DNA of 20,000 nucleotides from an uncultured virus (IMG/VR IMGVR_UViG_3300024289_000017) (Duplodnaviria > Heunggongvirae > Uroviricota > Caudoviricetes). Under the pieces are notes generated by a model. The model ran no database searches. It had not been told where the DNA came from and worked only from the letters and a program-made list of their open reading frames with translations. How positions within the stretch are numbered: the first letter of the stretch is position 1; each line of letters opens with the position of its first letter. The position numbers and the translations under genes were made by a program. The stretch lies in IMG/VR virus record IMGVR_UViG_3300024289_000017. One strand, 5' to 3'. Below are positions 1 to 7,463 of the stretch, piece after piece.

Positions 1-191
1 CCATCGTAACAACGACCTGCCATCAGATCGTCACCGTCAGCGACATAACCTTTGAGAAACTCAAAGCAATACTTGATACGCAGTTCAGGTGCAACTGCAT
101 CAAGTTGTTGTTGCTTACGCTGCTGATAGTTTGCATTGTAAGCAAACATTTCACGATCTTCGATGCTGATGGGATGAAACTTGCGATCCAT
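1..191 (-). CDS. hypothetical phage protein, 3' end beyond the window (MDRKFHPISIEDREMFAYN...)
   Basis: ATG at 191 directly after the repeated leader; frame open to the window edge. Confidence 0.8.
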   Translation of the reverse strand, partial: MDRKFHPISIEDREMFAYNANYQQRKQQQLDAVAPELRIKYCFEFLKGYVADGDDLMAGRCYD

Positions 192-225
192 TGGGTGAAA
201 TCCCTTGAACTTCTATAGAATACAC
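189..225 (-). repeat. conserved -10/5' leader repeat, copy 1
   Basis: GTGTATTCTATAGAAGTTCAAGGGATTTCACCCAATG on minus; near-identical to 1695-1730 and 2237-2272. Confidence 0.9.
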
Positions 226-272
226 CAATCTGGGCGCTGTGCTCATACCTTGTGACAGTTCCTCAACCGTCC
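217..272 (-). promoter_or_regulatory. double-palindrome early-type promoter element, copy 1
   Basis: -10 TATTCT (217-222), 28-nt spacer, TGTGACAGTT-cctc-AACCGTCC (251-272). Confidence 0.7.
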
Positions 273-490
273 GCATTTACTACATTTTCAATCATTTCAT
301 TCACATAATCTTCATCATAAAACTGTGAAATCTCTTCTACCAATTCATCTGGAGTAGAACAACTTTCACGCAGATTCATTTCAATTTGTTCTGATACAAA
401 TTGCACCAAACTGTCTAGATCCATTCCATCAACCAACTGCTCAACATAGTTGGCAAGCAGTTTATCGTACTGATCTTGAGTAAGTTCCAT
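263..490 (-). CDS. hypothetical acidic protein, 75 aa
   Basis: ORF track 263..520; ATG at 490 after A-rich leader preferred, 520 also possible. Confidence 0.75.
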   Translation of the reverse strand: MELTQDQYDKLLANYVEQLVDGMDLDSLVQFVSEQIEMNLRESCSTPDELVEEISQFYDEDYVNEMIENVVNADG

Positions 491-516
491 TTTGTTTGTG
501 AAGTTAGGAAGGGAAA

Positions 517-732
517 TCATTTTTTGAGAAAGTTTTTGATGAAACTAAGAATTAGAATCACACCAAACACCTGCCAATAGGTGACAGTCAAACCAATCAG
601 AAAATGGATAATTGCATATAGCACACCTGCGAAGATTGCAGTGGCAATGAGACTACCAATCAGTTCTCCAATCAATCCACTAATCTCAACTAAAATCTCT
701 TTGATTTGTTGCTTTTCAGAAGAAATAGTCAT
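517..732 (-). CDS. small membrane protein
   Basis: 71 aa ORF with two hydrophobic stretches. Confidence 0.75.
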   Translation of the reverse strand: MTISSEKQQIKEILVEISGLIGELIGSLIATAIFAGVLYAIIHFLIGLTVTYWQVFGVILILSFIKNFLKK

Positions 733-734
733 AA

Positions 735-959
735 TCAGTTCTTGAAGTAAAAACCTGCAGTTTTGTTCATTGCAATCAATTTATCTTGAATCTCTTGCAA
801 CTCTGGTTCATAACAACCTTCATATAAATCATCACTATCAACTTCTGCAGTTTCCTCCAGATAGAGTGTTCCACCTTCAAGAAGTGGAGTGTAATACATT
901 GCACCTTCTGCATCAATAGAATATGCACAACCGTGACCTTCGGGAATGTATAGAATCAT
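735..959 (-). CDS. hypothetical protein
   Basis: 74 aa ORF, tightly packed with neighbours. Confidence 0.75.
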   Translation of the reverse strand: MILYIPEGHGCAYSIDAEGAMYYTPLLEGGTLYLEETAEVDSDDLYEGCYEPELQEIQDKLIAMNKTAGFYFKN

Positions 960-962
960 TGT

Positions 963-1169
963 TCAGTGAGTGTTGAGAATGTGACGGTAATCAATAGACT
1001 TAATGCACCAACCAGTCCAAGATGTAATCTCTTCGACTAGATCTTCTTCATCATCTGCTTCTACAATCTGACCGATTGTTTCTTCAGTGATTGCGTTCAT
1101 CTCTTCTGCAGAGATTTCATCTTCAGCACCAGTGAAATCAAACTCAATGTCAGTAACTTGGAATTGCAT
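963..1169 (-). CDS. hypothetical acidic protein (MQFQVTDIEF...)
   Basis: ATG overlaps the upstream TAA (TAATG). Confidence 0.8.
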   Translation of the reverse strand: MQFQVTDIEFDFTGAEDEISAEEMNAITEETIGQIVEADDEEDLVEEITSWTGWCIKSIDYRHILNTH

Positions 1170-1303
1170 TACTTGCAATAGTTAGGGTCAATTTGACAGA
1201 AACGATCTGCTTGTTGTTCTTGATACTCATTCACAGTAGCGTGAGCAGCAAGACCAACACGAAGACCAAGCGCGAGAGTAGCAATCAAAAAAGCAATTCG
1301 CAT
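1169..1303 (-). CDS. small protein with hydrophobic N-terminus, 44 aa (MRIAFLIATLALGL...)
   Basis: manual translation; stop/start overlaps at both ends. Confidence 0.7.
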   Translation of the reverse strand: MRIAFLIATLALGLRVGLAAHATVNEYQEQQADRFCQIDPNYCK

Positions 1304-1449
1304 CAGACTTCATCCCTCATTTGACCAACTTTGTCATAAAGTTGCTCAATATCCACATCCAGATGTTCACTCAATTCTATCCAATCGTGAAACTCAATCA
1401 ATGCAAGAATTGCATCCAATTCTTCAAAAGTGAGAGTGGTTTTAGTCAT
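1303..1449 (-). CDS. hypothetical protein, 48 aa (MTKTTLTFEELDAIL...)
   Basis: manual translation; TGATG overlaps at both ends. Confidence 0.7.
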   Translation of the reverse strand: MTKTTLTFEELDAILALIEFHDWIELSEHLDVDIEQLYDKVGQMRDEV

Positions 1450-1697
1450 CAAACTGCACCTTGCATAAAGTTGTACTCTTGAACCAGACCAATGTTGTCA
1501 CCAGTGATGACATAATCCATTGCGATTCTCTCATCAATCTCGCGGATTGCATCTTTCTTGGTGATGCACTTCTGAGAGATTGTATCAATACCCTTCCAAG
1601 AAAGAATCTTGAGAGTGTGAGTAGAACAATCCTCAATGGGATAGAATCCCACGAGCATTGTGCCGTCTTTTGATTGAAGTGTGGGAAACTCGGTCAT
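1449..1697 (-). CDS. hypothetical protein
   Basis: 82 aa ORF starting right after leader copy 2. Confidence 0.8.
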   Translation of the reverse strand: MTEFPTLQSKDGTMLVGFYPIEDCSTHTLKILSWKGIDTISQKCITKKDAIREIDERIAMDYVITGDNIGLVQEYNFMQGAV

Positions 1698-1730
1698 GGG
1701 TGAAATCCCTTGAACTTCTTAAGAATACAC
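1695..1730 (-). repeat. conserved -10/5' leader repeat, copy 2
   Basis: GTGTATTCTTAAGAAGTTCAAGGGATTTCACCCATG on minus. Confidence 0.9.
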
Positions 1731-1780
1731 GATTTTGGGTCAGGAAACCAGAGCGTGTGCCAGAAATCGAACTGGCACAC
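1722..1780 (-). promoter_or_regulatory. double-palindrome early-type promoter element, copy 2
   Basis: TATTCT (1722-1727), 28-nt spacer, perfect GTGTGCCAG-N8-CTGGCACAC (1755-1780). Confidence 0.75.
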
Positions 1781-1795
1781 CTCTCTTAGTTTATA

Positions 1796-2239
1796 TCAAC
1801 GAGCGTACAAATATCCTCCCGACCAATCGCAATTCTCAAGCACATATTCACGATCAGTAATCAATCGCAAATCATAGCGAACACCTTTAGCAGGAGACTT
1901 CCAACTGGCAGACTTATAAACTTCTCCCGTTTGCTTATCAATGAAGCAATGAACACTGCGGGAACCGCCACCATTAACCAAAATCACTTTGTGATACTTT
2001 TTACCAGTTTCTACCTGATAATCAATGTCGCACTCTCCAGACTTGAGTTCATCAATCTTGCGCTGATGATACTCTTGGGTATCAGCATCATTCGCGAACT
2101 TTTGATGACCGCGAATAGAATACTCAACATAATTCTGTTTGAGTGCTTCAATCAGCATTTGAGTGTACTTAACAACATTCTCAGCAATTTGTTGCTTTGC
2201 TTGTTGTTGAGCAGGAAAATCAACGAAAGCAGTTGTCAT
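1796..2239 (-). CDS. conserved phage hypothetical protein
   Basis: 147 aa; SVHCFIDKQTGEVYKSASWKSPAKGVRY resembles a common phage family of unknown function. Confidence 0.85.
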   Translation of the reverse strand: MTTAFVDFPAQQQAKQQIAENVVKYTQMLIEALKQNYVEYSIRGHQKFANDADTQEYHQRKIDELKSGECDIDYQVETGKKYHKVILVNGGGSRSVHCFIDKQTGEVYKSASWKSPAKGVRYDLRLITDREYVLENCDWSGGYLYAR

Positions 2240-2272
2240 TGGGTGAAATCCCTTGAACTTCTTAAGAATACA
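2237..2272 (-). repeat. conserved -10/5' leader repeat, copy 3
   Basis: TGTATTCTTAAGAAGTTCAAGGGATTTCACCCAATG on minus. Confidence 0.9.
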
Positions 2273-2321
2273 TCATTTTGAGCACTGTGCTCATTTACTG
2301 TGCCACTTTCATAAGTGTCAC
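2265..2321 (-). promoter_or_regulatory. double-palindrome early-type promoter element, copy 3
   Basis: TATTCT (2265-2270), inner TGAGCAC-T-GTGCTCA (2279-2293), GTGCCACTT-tcat-AAGTGTCAC (2300-2321). Confidence 0.75.
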
Positions 2322-2572
2322 CATTTGTTTTGTTGAATGAGGATCTTTTTGATTTCTTGATAAATGAACTGACGAAGTTTAGGTTCGGTAGTGTTATCAA
2401 AAGCATAATACAGTCGATTCAGATACTCATTCTGTGTTGCACCAATGTTACCATCACCACCGATGTCATTGAGTGATGAACCTGCAACAACTTTCGATTT
2501 TCCAAAGTTACCTGAGACACGCCCAGTTGTTCTCAGTTTAGGGCGAATCTTTGAGAGGTTAGAGTAAGTCAT
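2318..2572 (-). CDS. hypothetical basic protein
   Basis: 84 aa ORF, ATGA overlap with upstream gene. Confidence 0.8.
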   Translation of the reverse strand: MTYSNLSKIRPKLRTTGRVSGNFGKSKVVAGSSLNDIGGDGNIGATQNEYLNRLYYAFDNTTEPKLRQFIYQEIKKILIQQNKW

Positions 2573-2742
2573 TCATCCTCTTCATAAGGGAACATTTCAT
2601 CATACTCTTCATCTGTGAGAGTAAGATACTGAACATTAGCATTTTTGTGCTCTTCAGCATACACTAACTGATAATGTGCAAAAGAACTAGGATCGGAACT
2701 AGCAAACTCTACCAGACCATCAATCAAACAAAGGTAATTCAT
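2569..2742 (-). CDS. hypothetical protein, 57 aa (MNYLCLIDGLVEF...)
   Basis: manual translation; ATGA overlaps at both ends. Confidence 0.7.
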   Translation of the reverse strand: MNYLCLIDGLVEFASSDPSSFAHYQLVYAEEHKNANVQYLTLTDEEYDEMFPYEEDE

Positions 2743-2882
2743 TTGAAACTCACATTTACACCAATTACTTTTGCTTTTGGATTTCGTGCAGTAGCAGTTT
2801 CTCTTGCATCTTTAGGAGAGTTAGCATACACCTCTTCCTTAAAGACTTTGCCACCAACATACAGATCAACAATGTACTTCAT
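2739..2882 (-). CDS. hypothetical protein, 47 aa (MKYIVDLYVGGKVFKEEV...)
   Basis: manual translation; ATGA overlaps at both ends. Confidence 0.75.
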   Translation of the reverse strand: MKYIVDLYVGGKVFKEEVYANSPKDARETATARNPKAKVIGVNVSFK

Positions 2883-3073
2883 AGTGTTTGCCAGTGTTGT
2901 GCTTCTTTGATGTTAGAATTGAAAAACTTTTGAATGATAGAATCAATCACAGGATACCATTCTTCGTTTGCACTAGGATACCCACATTCTCGTGCTTGAT
3001 TGAGAAACTTAAGGATGCAAGTTTCCTCATTAGGAGTAAAATTAACGCGATTGAAAGTGTAACCGTCAGTCAT
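2879..3073 (-). CDS. hypothetical protein
   Basis: ORF track; ATG at 3073 overlaps the upstream TGA. Confidence 0.75.
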   Translation of the reverse strand: MTDGYTFNRVNFTPNEETCILKFLNQARECGYPSANEEWYPVIDSIIQKFFNSNIKEAQHWQTL

Positions 3074-3231
3074 CAATCATCTCCAAAGTTGTTGACAAGA
3101 AAATCCTCAAGTTCGCAAAGTTCCACCTCATCTAAGGAGTCAATGTAGTTACGCAAAGTATCTTCTAAGACACCATTATTCTTTTTGCAAGTTTCATACA
3201 GAAACTCAAAAAGTTGCGTTTTGTTAGTCAT
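3073..3231 (-). CDS. hypothetical protein, 52 aa (MTNKTQLFEFLY...)
   Basis: manual translation; TGATTATG junction. Confidence 0.7.
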   Translation of the reverse strand: MTNKTQLFEFLYETCKKNNGVLEDTLRNYIDSLDEVELCELEDFLVNNFGDD

Positions 3232-3233
3232 AA

Positions 3234-3503
3234 TCAGTTTGCGTAGATTGCCAGACCCTTACGGTCACGGATTGAATCATCAATCACCTCACCAATCTGT
3301 TCGTAAATGTAGTCGGAACCACCTACATCAGCGAGCACATCTTGAGTGAAAAGAGAAGAAAAATACTTCTCTTGATTGTCCTCACCATCAAACTCAACAA
3401 CATCGTGTTGAGTGAATACAAACGCAGCACAGGGAGCGTTCTCACCTTGACTCTCAATCATTTGGTTGATAGAGTCACGAAGTTCAGAAAGAGTGCGATA
3501 CAT
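3234..3503 (-). CDS. hypothetical acidic protein
   Basis: ORF track; ATG at 3503 after TGATT. Confidence 0.8.
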   Translation of the reverse strand: MYRTLSELRDSINQMIESQGENAPCAAFVFTQHDVVEFDGEDNQEKYFSSLFTQDVLADVGGSDYIYEQIGEVIDDSIRDRKGLAIYAN

Positions 3504-3505
3504 AA

Positions 3506-3673
3506 TCAAACAGGGGTAACTTCAACAGAGCGGATAAGATTTGTGCGATCTCGTGCTAGGTAATCGTCTGCAATCTTGCCACAAGATGAACGAGACTTAA
3601 TGAATGTTTCTTCATAATAAGTCTCTGCACTGTTGGGGACTTTATACTCAATCAAGAGTCGATAGTTGTTCAT
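3506..3673 (-). CDS. hypothetical protein (MNNYRLLIEY...)
   Basis: ORF track; ATG at 3673 after TGATT. Confidence 0.75.
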   Translation of the reverse strand: MNNYRLLIEYKVPNSAETYYEETFIKSRSSCGKIADDYLARDRTNLIRSVEVTPV

Positions 3674-3675
3674 AA

Positions 3676-3885
3676 TCAGCAAGCAGTGGGAAGAATAGAG
3701 AAAGTGCCACACCAACGACAAACCCAATCAAGGGTATCATTGTAGCAGCGAGGATTGCTCACCACCATGCTGCTGTTTCTTTCGGGATTGTATGCAACAG
3801 CAACATAAAGGTTCTTACCAACCTCCTGAATCCACATTTGATTCACTTTACCTTCCTTCCAGTTGGTAGTGTAGTGAAATACCAT
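3676..3885 (-). CDS. hypothetical protein (MVFHYTTNWK...)
   Basis: first ATG downstream of promoter element 4. Confidence 0.75.
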   Translation of the reverse strand: MVFHYTTNWKEGKVNQMWIQEVGKNLYVAVAYNPERNSSMVVSNPRCYNDTLDWVCRWCGTFSILPTAC

Positions 3886-3913
3886 CGGTTGCGTGGTTTG
3901 ATTCAACAAAGTC

Positions 3914-3972
3914 AGTATAAGCGCATCAGAGGCGATTCTGGTGCGCCTGGTGGACAGTTAATCAGGTGTCAC
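3914..3972 (-). promoter_or_regulatory. double-palindrome early-type promoter element, copy 4
   Basis: TATACT (3914-3919), inner GCGCATCAGA-N6-TCTGGTGCGC, GTGGACAGTT-aatc-AGGTGTCAC. Confidence 0.7.
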
Positions 3973-4312
3973 TGTCGGCGCCGCGAGCAAGTTTATTTGC
4001 TCTTTTCTGCTGCGAACGATAATGTGTTGTCATAGCATCAGATCTTGCTTGTGCAGTATCACGATCTGCTACTGTTTTTGTAGTTTTGCGAATCTTATTT
4101 GCTCTTTGACGATCTTTAGCACTTTGAGACTGACTTAGGCGCTCTGCTTTATTCAGTGCCTTTTCTTCACCAGTTTTCTTAGGATACTTGAAATTGCCAG
4201 CATCACGAGCGAATGGAACTTTTGCTTCACAAATGCTCATAAACTCCTCAAAAGTTCTTGGTTTTGGGATGGGTTTGCCAGTGATTCCTACTTCTGTTTG
4301 ATCCTTTGACAT
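3962..4312 (-). CDS. basic late protein, putative internal head protein
   Basis: K/R-rich 116 aa; RTFEEFMSICEAK motif; late promoter just upstream. Confidence 0.75.
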   Translation of the reverse strand: MSKDQTEVGITGKPIPKPRTFEEFMSICEAKVPFARDAGNFKYPKKTGEEKALNKAERLSQSQSAKDRQRANKIRKTTKTVADRDTAQARSDAMTTHYRSQQKRANKLARGADSDT

Positions 4313-4332
4313 CTTAACAAACACTTTTTAGG

Positions 4333-4340
4333 TATTTATT
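4333..4340 (-). promoter_or_regulatory. T4-type late promoter
   Basis: AATAAATA on minus, 20 nt upstream of the ATG at 4312. Confidence 0.7.
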
Positions 4341-5235
4341 AAGTCCATTGCTTAGGAAGAGCAAAGTTTTGATGAGAAAACTCATCACGATTTACAATCT
4401 TGTAACTTCCAAACTCATTGTGCATGACATAACCTTCATGATCACTGATTCCACCATCAATTTCACATCGAATGTCAGTGTCACATTCAATGTAAAAGAA
4501 CATGTCCATTTTGATAGACTCAATCAACTTCCACAAACGAAGCAGGTTGATGTCAACATCATAATTTTCTGCAATTTCATGCTCATCCACCTCACTACCC
4601 TCGCGGATGTAGGAATTGATGACTTTTTTGAGTTCTTTTGCTTGTTTATCATTCACAAAGGTGCAAAGAGTGCTCATTTGTTTAGCAAACTTGCAGAAGT
4701 CTTCGATGTCTTCGCGATAAGGACAAATAGATGCTTCTGGTTGCACCCATTTCACATCCAGAGTATCAGCAAACTGTTTGCTGATAGGATATGCAACAGC
4801 ATTGCGAAGATCATCTTCACAATCATACTCAGTGTGAGGGGCAATGATTACACTTTGCTCAATCACCTCAGGGAACTTGTAAGTGATCGTGTTGGGGCAA
4901 TAAGTATCACTCCCAGCAAAACCAATAAAATCACCTTGATAGATATGACTTGTGCGAGGTAGACTATCAAAGCAAGCATGAAGAATAGTCGCAACTTTAC
5001 CTTCATGGTTTTGATCAATTTCTTCATGAGAATGATTGATTTTAATTTTTACTTTGTTGAACACAGATTTGGTGCCAACAAAAAACTTACCGTTAGCAGG
5101 ATTGCGACCCCACACAATAGCAGGAGCGCCATCAATCTTGACACTGACATGAGAATCGGCAGTGAACCAATCAAGAACTGAAAGATCACCAGTCAAGATG
5201 GTATCTTCAGGATGTTCGATGTGCTTGTTTTGCAT
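4339..5235 (-). CDS. conserved phage protein with ligase/nucleotidyltransferase-like motifs (DUF6267-like)
   Basis: 298 aa from MQNKHIEHPED; KIDG, YQGDF, EGYV and YKIVN motifs in order; start placed downstream of promoter element 5. Confidence 0.8.
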   Translation of the reverse strand: MQNKHIEHPEDTILTGDLSVLDWFTADSHVSVKIDGAPAIVWGRNPANGKFFVGTKSVFNKVKIKINHSHEEIDQNHEGKVATILHACFDSLPRTSHIYQGDFIGFAGSDTYCPNTITYKFPEVIEQSVIIAPHTEYDCEDDLRNAVAYPISKQFADTLDVKWVQPEASICPYREDIEDFCKFAKQMSTLCTFVNDKQAKELKKVINSYIREGSEVDEHEIAENYDVDINLLRLWKLIESIKMDMFFYIECDTDIRCEIDGGISDHEGYVMHNEFGSYKIVNRDEFSHQNFALPKQWT

Positions 5236-5256
5236 TGGTGTTTGAGTCACAGGTTG

Positions 5257-5314
5257 ATCATAAAACAAAAACAGGAACCTTGTGGGTTCCTGCGTGACAG
5301 TTGTTTAATTGTCC
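5257..5314 (-). promoter_or_regulatory. double-palindrome early-type promoter element, copy 5
   Basis: TATGAT (5257-5262), inner CAGGAACC-N5-GGTTCCTG, CGTGACAGTT-gttt-AATTGTCC. Confidence 0.75.
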
Positions 5315-5511
5315 TCTTTCATCTTATCTTGAGCAGATTTGCTGATTTTGCACACCAAATCATTATCGTAAAAGTATTTTACCCTTTCACGGCGAGCAGC
5401 AATCAACATGTTGTACTCTTCTTGTTGCTGTTTCGTAAAAATAAAATCTTGACGACGCCAAGCATCTTTCAGTTCTTGAAGATGTGGCAGAACATTTACA
5501 GTATCAGTCAT
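5305..5511 (-). CDS. hypothetical protein (MTDTVNVLPH...)
   Basis: ORF track; TGATTATG junction. Confidence 0.8.
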   Translation of the reverse strand: MTDTVNVLPHLQELKDAWRRQDFIFTKQQQEEYNMLIAARRERVKYFYDNDLVCKISKSAQDKMKEDN

Positions 5512-5513
5512 AA

Positions 5514-5654
5514 TCAATAATCGTAGTTGGAGTTTAGAAAAGAATTGAAAGACTTTTCCTCATCTTCGACTTCATCAAAGAGTCCATCATAAGATGCTTC
5601 TGCAAAGTCGAAACCATCAGATTCTTCAATTTGGAAATCATCAAAGGTGTTCAT
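5514..5654 (-). CDS. very acidic small protein, 46 aa (MNTFDDFQIEESDGFDF...)
   Basis: manual translation; AGGAG ribosome-binding site upstream; first gene after element 6. Confidence 0.75.
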   Translation of the reverse strand: MNTFDDFQIEESDGFDFAEASYDGLFDEVEDEEKSFNSFLNSNYDY

Positions 5655-5680
5655 GAAGTGCTCCTTGACTGAACAAATGT

Positions 5681-5739
5681 AATTTAACTGATCTTGGTGT
5701 GGAAATCAAGTGTCTTGTGACAGTTTGAGAACTGTCTCA
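5681..5739 (-). promoter_or_regulatory. double-palindrome early-type promoter element, copy 6
   Basis: TAAATT (5681-5686), inner CTTGGT-N6-ATCAAG, TGTGACAGTT-tgag-AACTGTCTCA. Confidence 0.7.
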
Positions 5740-6315
5740 AAGTTTCTTATAAAGTATGATTTTCTTGTTTTCTCCAGTAGGTTTAACAAACTTTTGCTTT
5801 AATTGTTCTCCACTATCCCATTTCATTGAAGATGATTTGTGGGCAGGAAGTCCTGCGGTTTCACCTATAACTTCCCAATTATCTGCTTTATAAACTGCAC
5901 CAGTGTTTCCACCTGCAACAAATGTGAGCAAATGCGATAGATCATCACCATATTTTTCTTTCCATACTTCTTGGCAAGAATTGCGAACAAGTTTCAAAAT
6001 CTGTGTGCCTGCATTGGGTATCTTTCTCTTTAGGCAAAATCTCCAATTATTTGCGAAGTTGTTAAAAACCTTTCGATATTCATCTTTACTGAGATTTACC
6101 TTTTTCAACAAATCTTTCGGTGGTGGATATACTGAAGAACCAAGTCCAATCATGCCAATACACTCAGGAAGTAAACCCTCCTGAGTATAATAAATCAACC
6201 AATCAATCCGTCTACCTACAGATGCTGCAGATGCGACATAACTGTGATAGTTCTCGATGATATTTTTTACTTCTTGCTTTTGTGCTTTTGTTGTAACTAA
6301 CTCAATAGAAAACAT
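5737..6315 (-). CDS. DruA/DUF4338-like (Mom-related, GNAT-like) protein
   Basis: 192 aa; YHSY, GRRIDWL, GMIGLGS, NNWRF, WKEKYG, LLTFV and GAVYKADNW..IGETAG match the DruA/Mom pattern as I recall it. Confidence 0.7.
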   Translation of the reverse strand: MFSIELVTTKAQKQEVKNIIENYHSYVASAASVGRRIDWLIYYTQEGLLPECIGMIGLGSSVYPPPKDLLKKVNLSKDEYRKVFNNFANNWRFCLKRKIPNAGTQILKLVRNSCQEVWKEKYGDDLSHLLTFVAGGNTGAVYKADNWEVIGETAGLPAHKSSSMKWDSGEQLKQKFVKPTGENKKIILYKKL

Positions 6316-6983
6316 TAGAAAGTTTTGTAAATATGAAACATCAATCCATGATAACCAGAGGTATATTTTTTACCCGAACCTTTCATTTGAAGATGAAACA
6401 TTTTATTGCCATTTGAGTCAATAAAATGTAGTGTGGTCTCATTCAATACCCATTGTCCATTATACACCAGTTGCTCAAGATCTTCAACAGAGTACACTTG
6501 AGTATTAGTAGTAGGTTTATCAAACCAAATCAAATAATCAACTGGAGTGTCGCTCATGCCGCGGCGGACAATCACATCGAAGATTTCAAGTTTGTGTTGA
6601 TTGAACCATTCAATCGCCCAATCATTGTATCCATCATCAATTTGACTTTTAGTGAGTCGATGTTGACGACTTTGACCTTTGCTTACATCTTTTCCAGGAA
6701 TACCAAAGAAAGAATCAAACCACAGACGGAGATCTCCAGCAATGTTAAAAAACTCACACCACCTTTCAGTAGAAGTTAGGTGACATTGAGTGTGATTCTT
6801 ACTGACAGATTTGAGACTGTAAGAAACACCAGTTTCGTTGTTAATGATGTCTTGCTTTGTCTTGGGTTTTCCATCAACAACATGACCAGCAGTTTTAGTA
6901 TTCAACCAATCACAAATGCGCTGTTCATTAAGATGACCGATGCGCTTTGCTTCGGTTCCTGCAATGATTTGGGCAGTAGTCAT
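6315..6983 (-). CDS. putative type II restriction-endonuclease-like protein (HinP1I/MspI-like PD-(D/E)XK)
   Basis: 222 aa; AKRIGHLNE, KQDI, SLK, Q..ERW and LQMKG..LMF layout resembles HinP1I-family enzymes. Confidence 0.6.
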   Translation of the reverse strand: MTTAQIIAGTEAKRIGHLNEQRICDWLNTKTAGHVVDGKPKTKQDIINNETGVSYSLKSVSKNHTQCHLTSTERWCEFFNIAGDLRLWFDSFFGIPGKDVSKGQSRQHRLTKSQIDDGYNDWAIEWFNQHKLEIFDVIVRRGMSDTPVDYLIWFDKPTTNTQVYSVEDLEQLVYNGQWVLNETTLHFIDSNGNKMFHLQMKGSGKKYTSGYHGLMFHIYKTF

Positions 6984-7008
6984 GAATTAGATGTCAAAAG
7001 TGAATAAT

Positions 7009-7434
7009 TTAGCGACTCATAATTGCTTTGAGTCTTGCCTTCTTTGCTGCAAGTTCAGATTGTGCTCTGCTTTGCATTTCTCCATGAGATTGTCTAATCT
7101 GTTTCCCCTTCCAAGTAGCAGATTGTCTAGCAACTTGTTGGTTATACAAATTAGGTTCCATTGTTGGACTTTGCTCAGTCTGCAACTCTTCCTTTACCTT
7201 CTTCGCTGCTTTTTCTCTACGCTTGAGTTCTCTCTTTACAGCACCACCGCCACTACGATTAACAATGAGTTTTTCTATTTCTTTTTTCTTTGGTTTACCT
7301 GCTGGACCTGAATGTGACTGGAGAGTGTAACTTTTTACTCCATCAACTTCTTTATAAGTTCCAGGAACTGCGTGTGGTGGAGTATTTGGTTTTTTACCTT
7401 CACAAATTTCGTAGAACTCTTTGAATGTCAACAT
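7009..7434 (-). CDS. basic late protein, putative internal head protein
   Basis: N-terminus MLTFKEFYEICE resembles the T4 capsid-targeting sequence; K-rich; late promoter upstream. Confidence 0.75.
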   Translation of the reverse strand: MLTFKEFYEICEGKKPNTPPHAVPGTYKEVDGVKSYTLQSHSGPAGKPKKKEIEKLIVNRSGGGAVKRELKRREKAAKKVKEELQTEQSPTMEPNLYNQQVARQSATWKGKQIRQSHGEMQSRAQSELAAKKARLKAIMSR

Positions 7435-7454
7435 TTGTCTATTGTTTTTTTGAT

Positions 7455-7461
7455 TATTTAT
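7455..7461 (-). promoter_or_regulatory. T4-type late promoter
   Basis: ATAAATA on minus, 20 nt upstream of the ATG at 7434. Confidence 0.7.
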
Positions 7462-7463
7462 TT

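Noticed and set aside
189..2321. 36-37 bp repeats as a CRISPR array
   Set aside because: Copies are 540-1500 bp apart, separated by whole genes and end at start codons; no cas genes
5737..6315. A complete Druantia system
   Set aside because: No DruB-E; the only helicase is 414 aa, far smaller than DruE, and 6 kb away
6984..7010. TTGACA at 6992-6997 as a promoter for the endonuclease gene
   Set aside because: Only 8 nt from the ATG, with no -10 at the correct spacing
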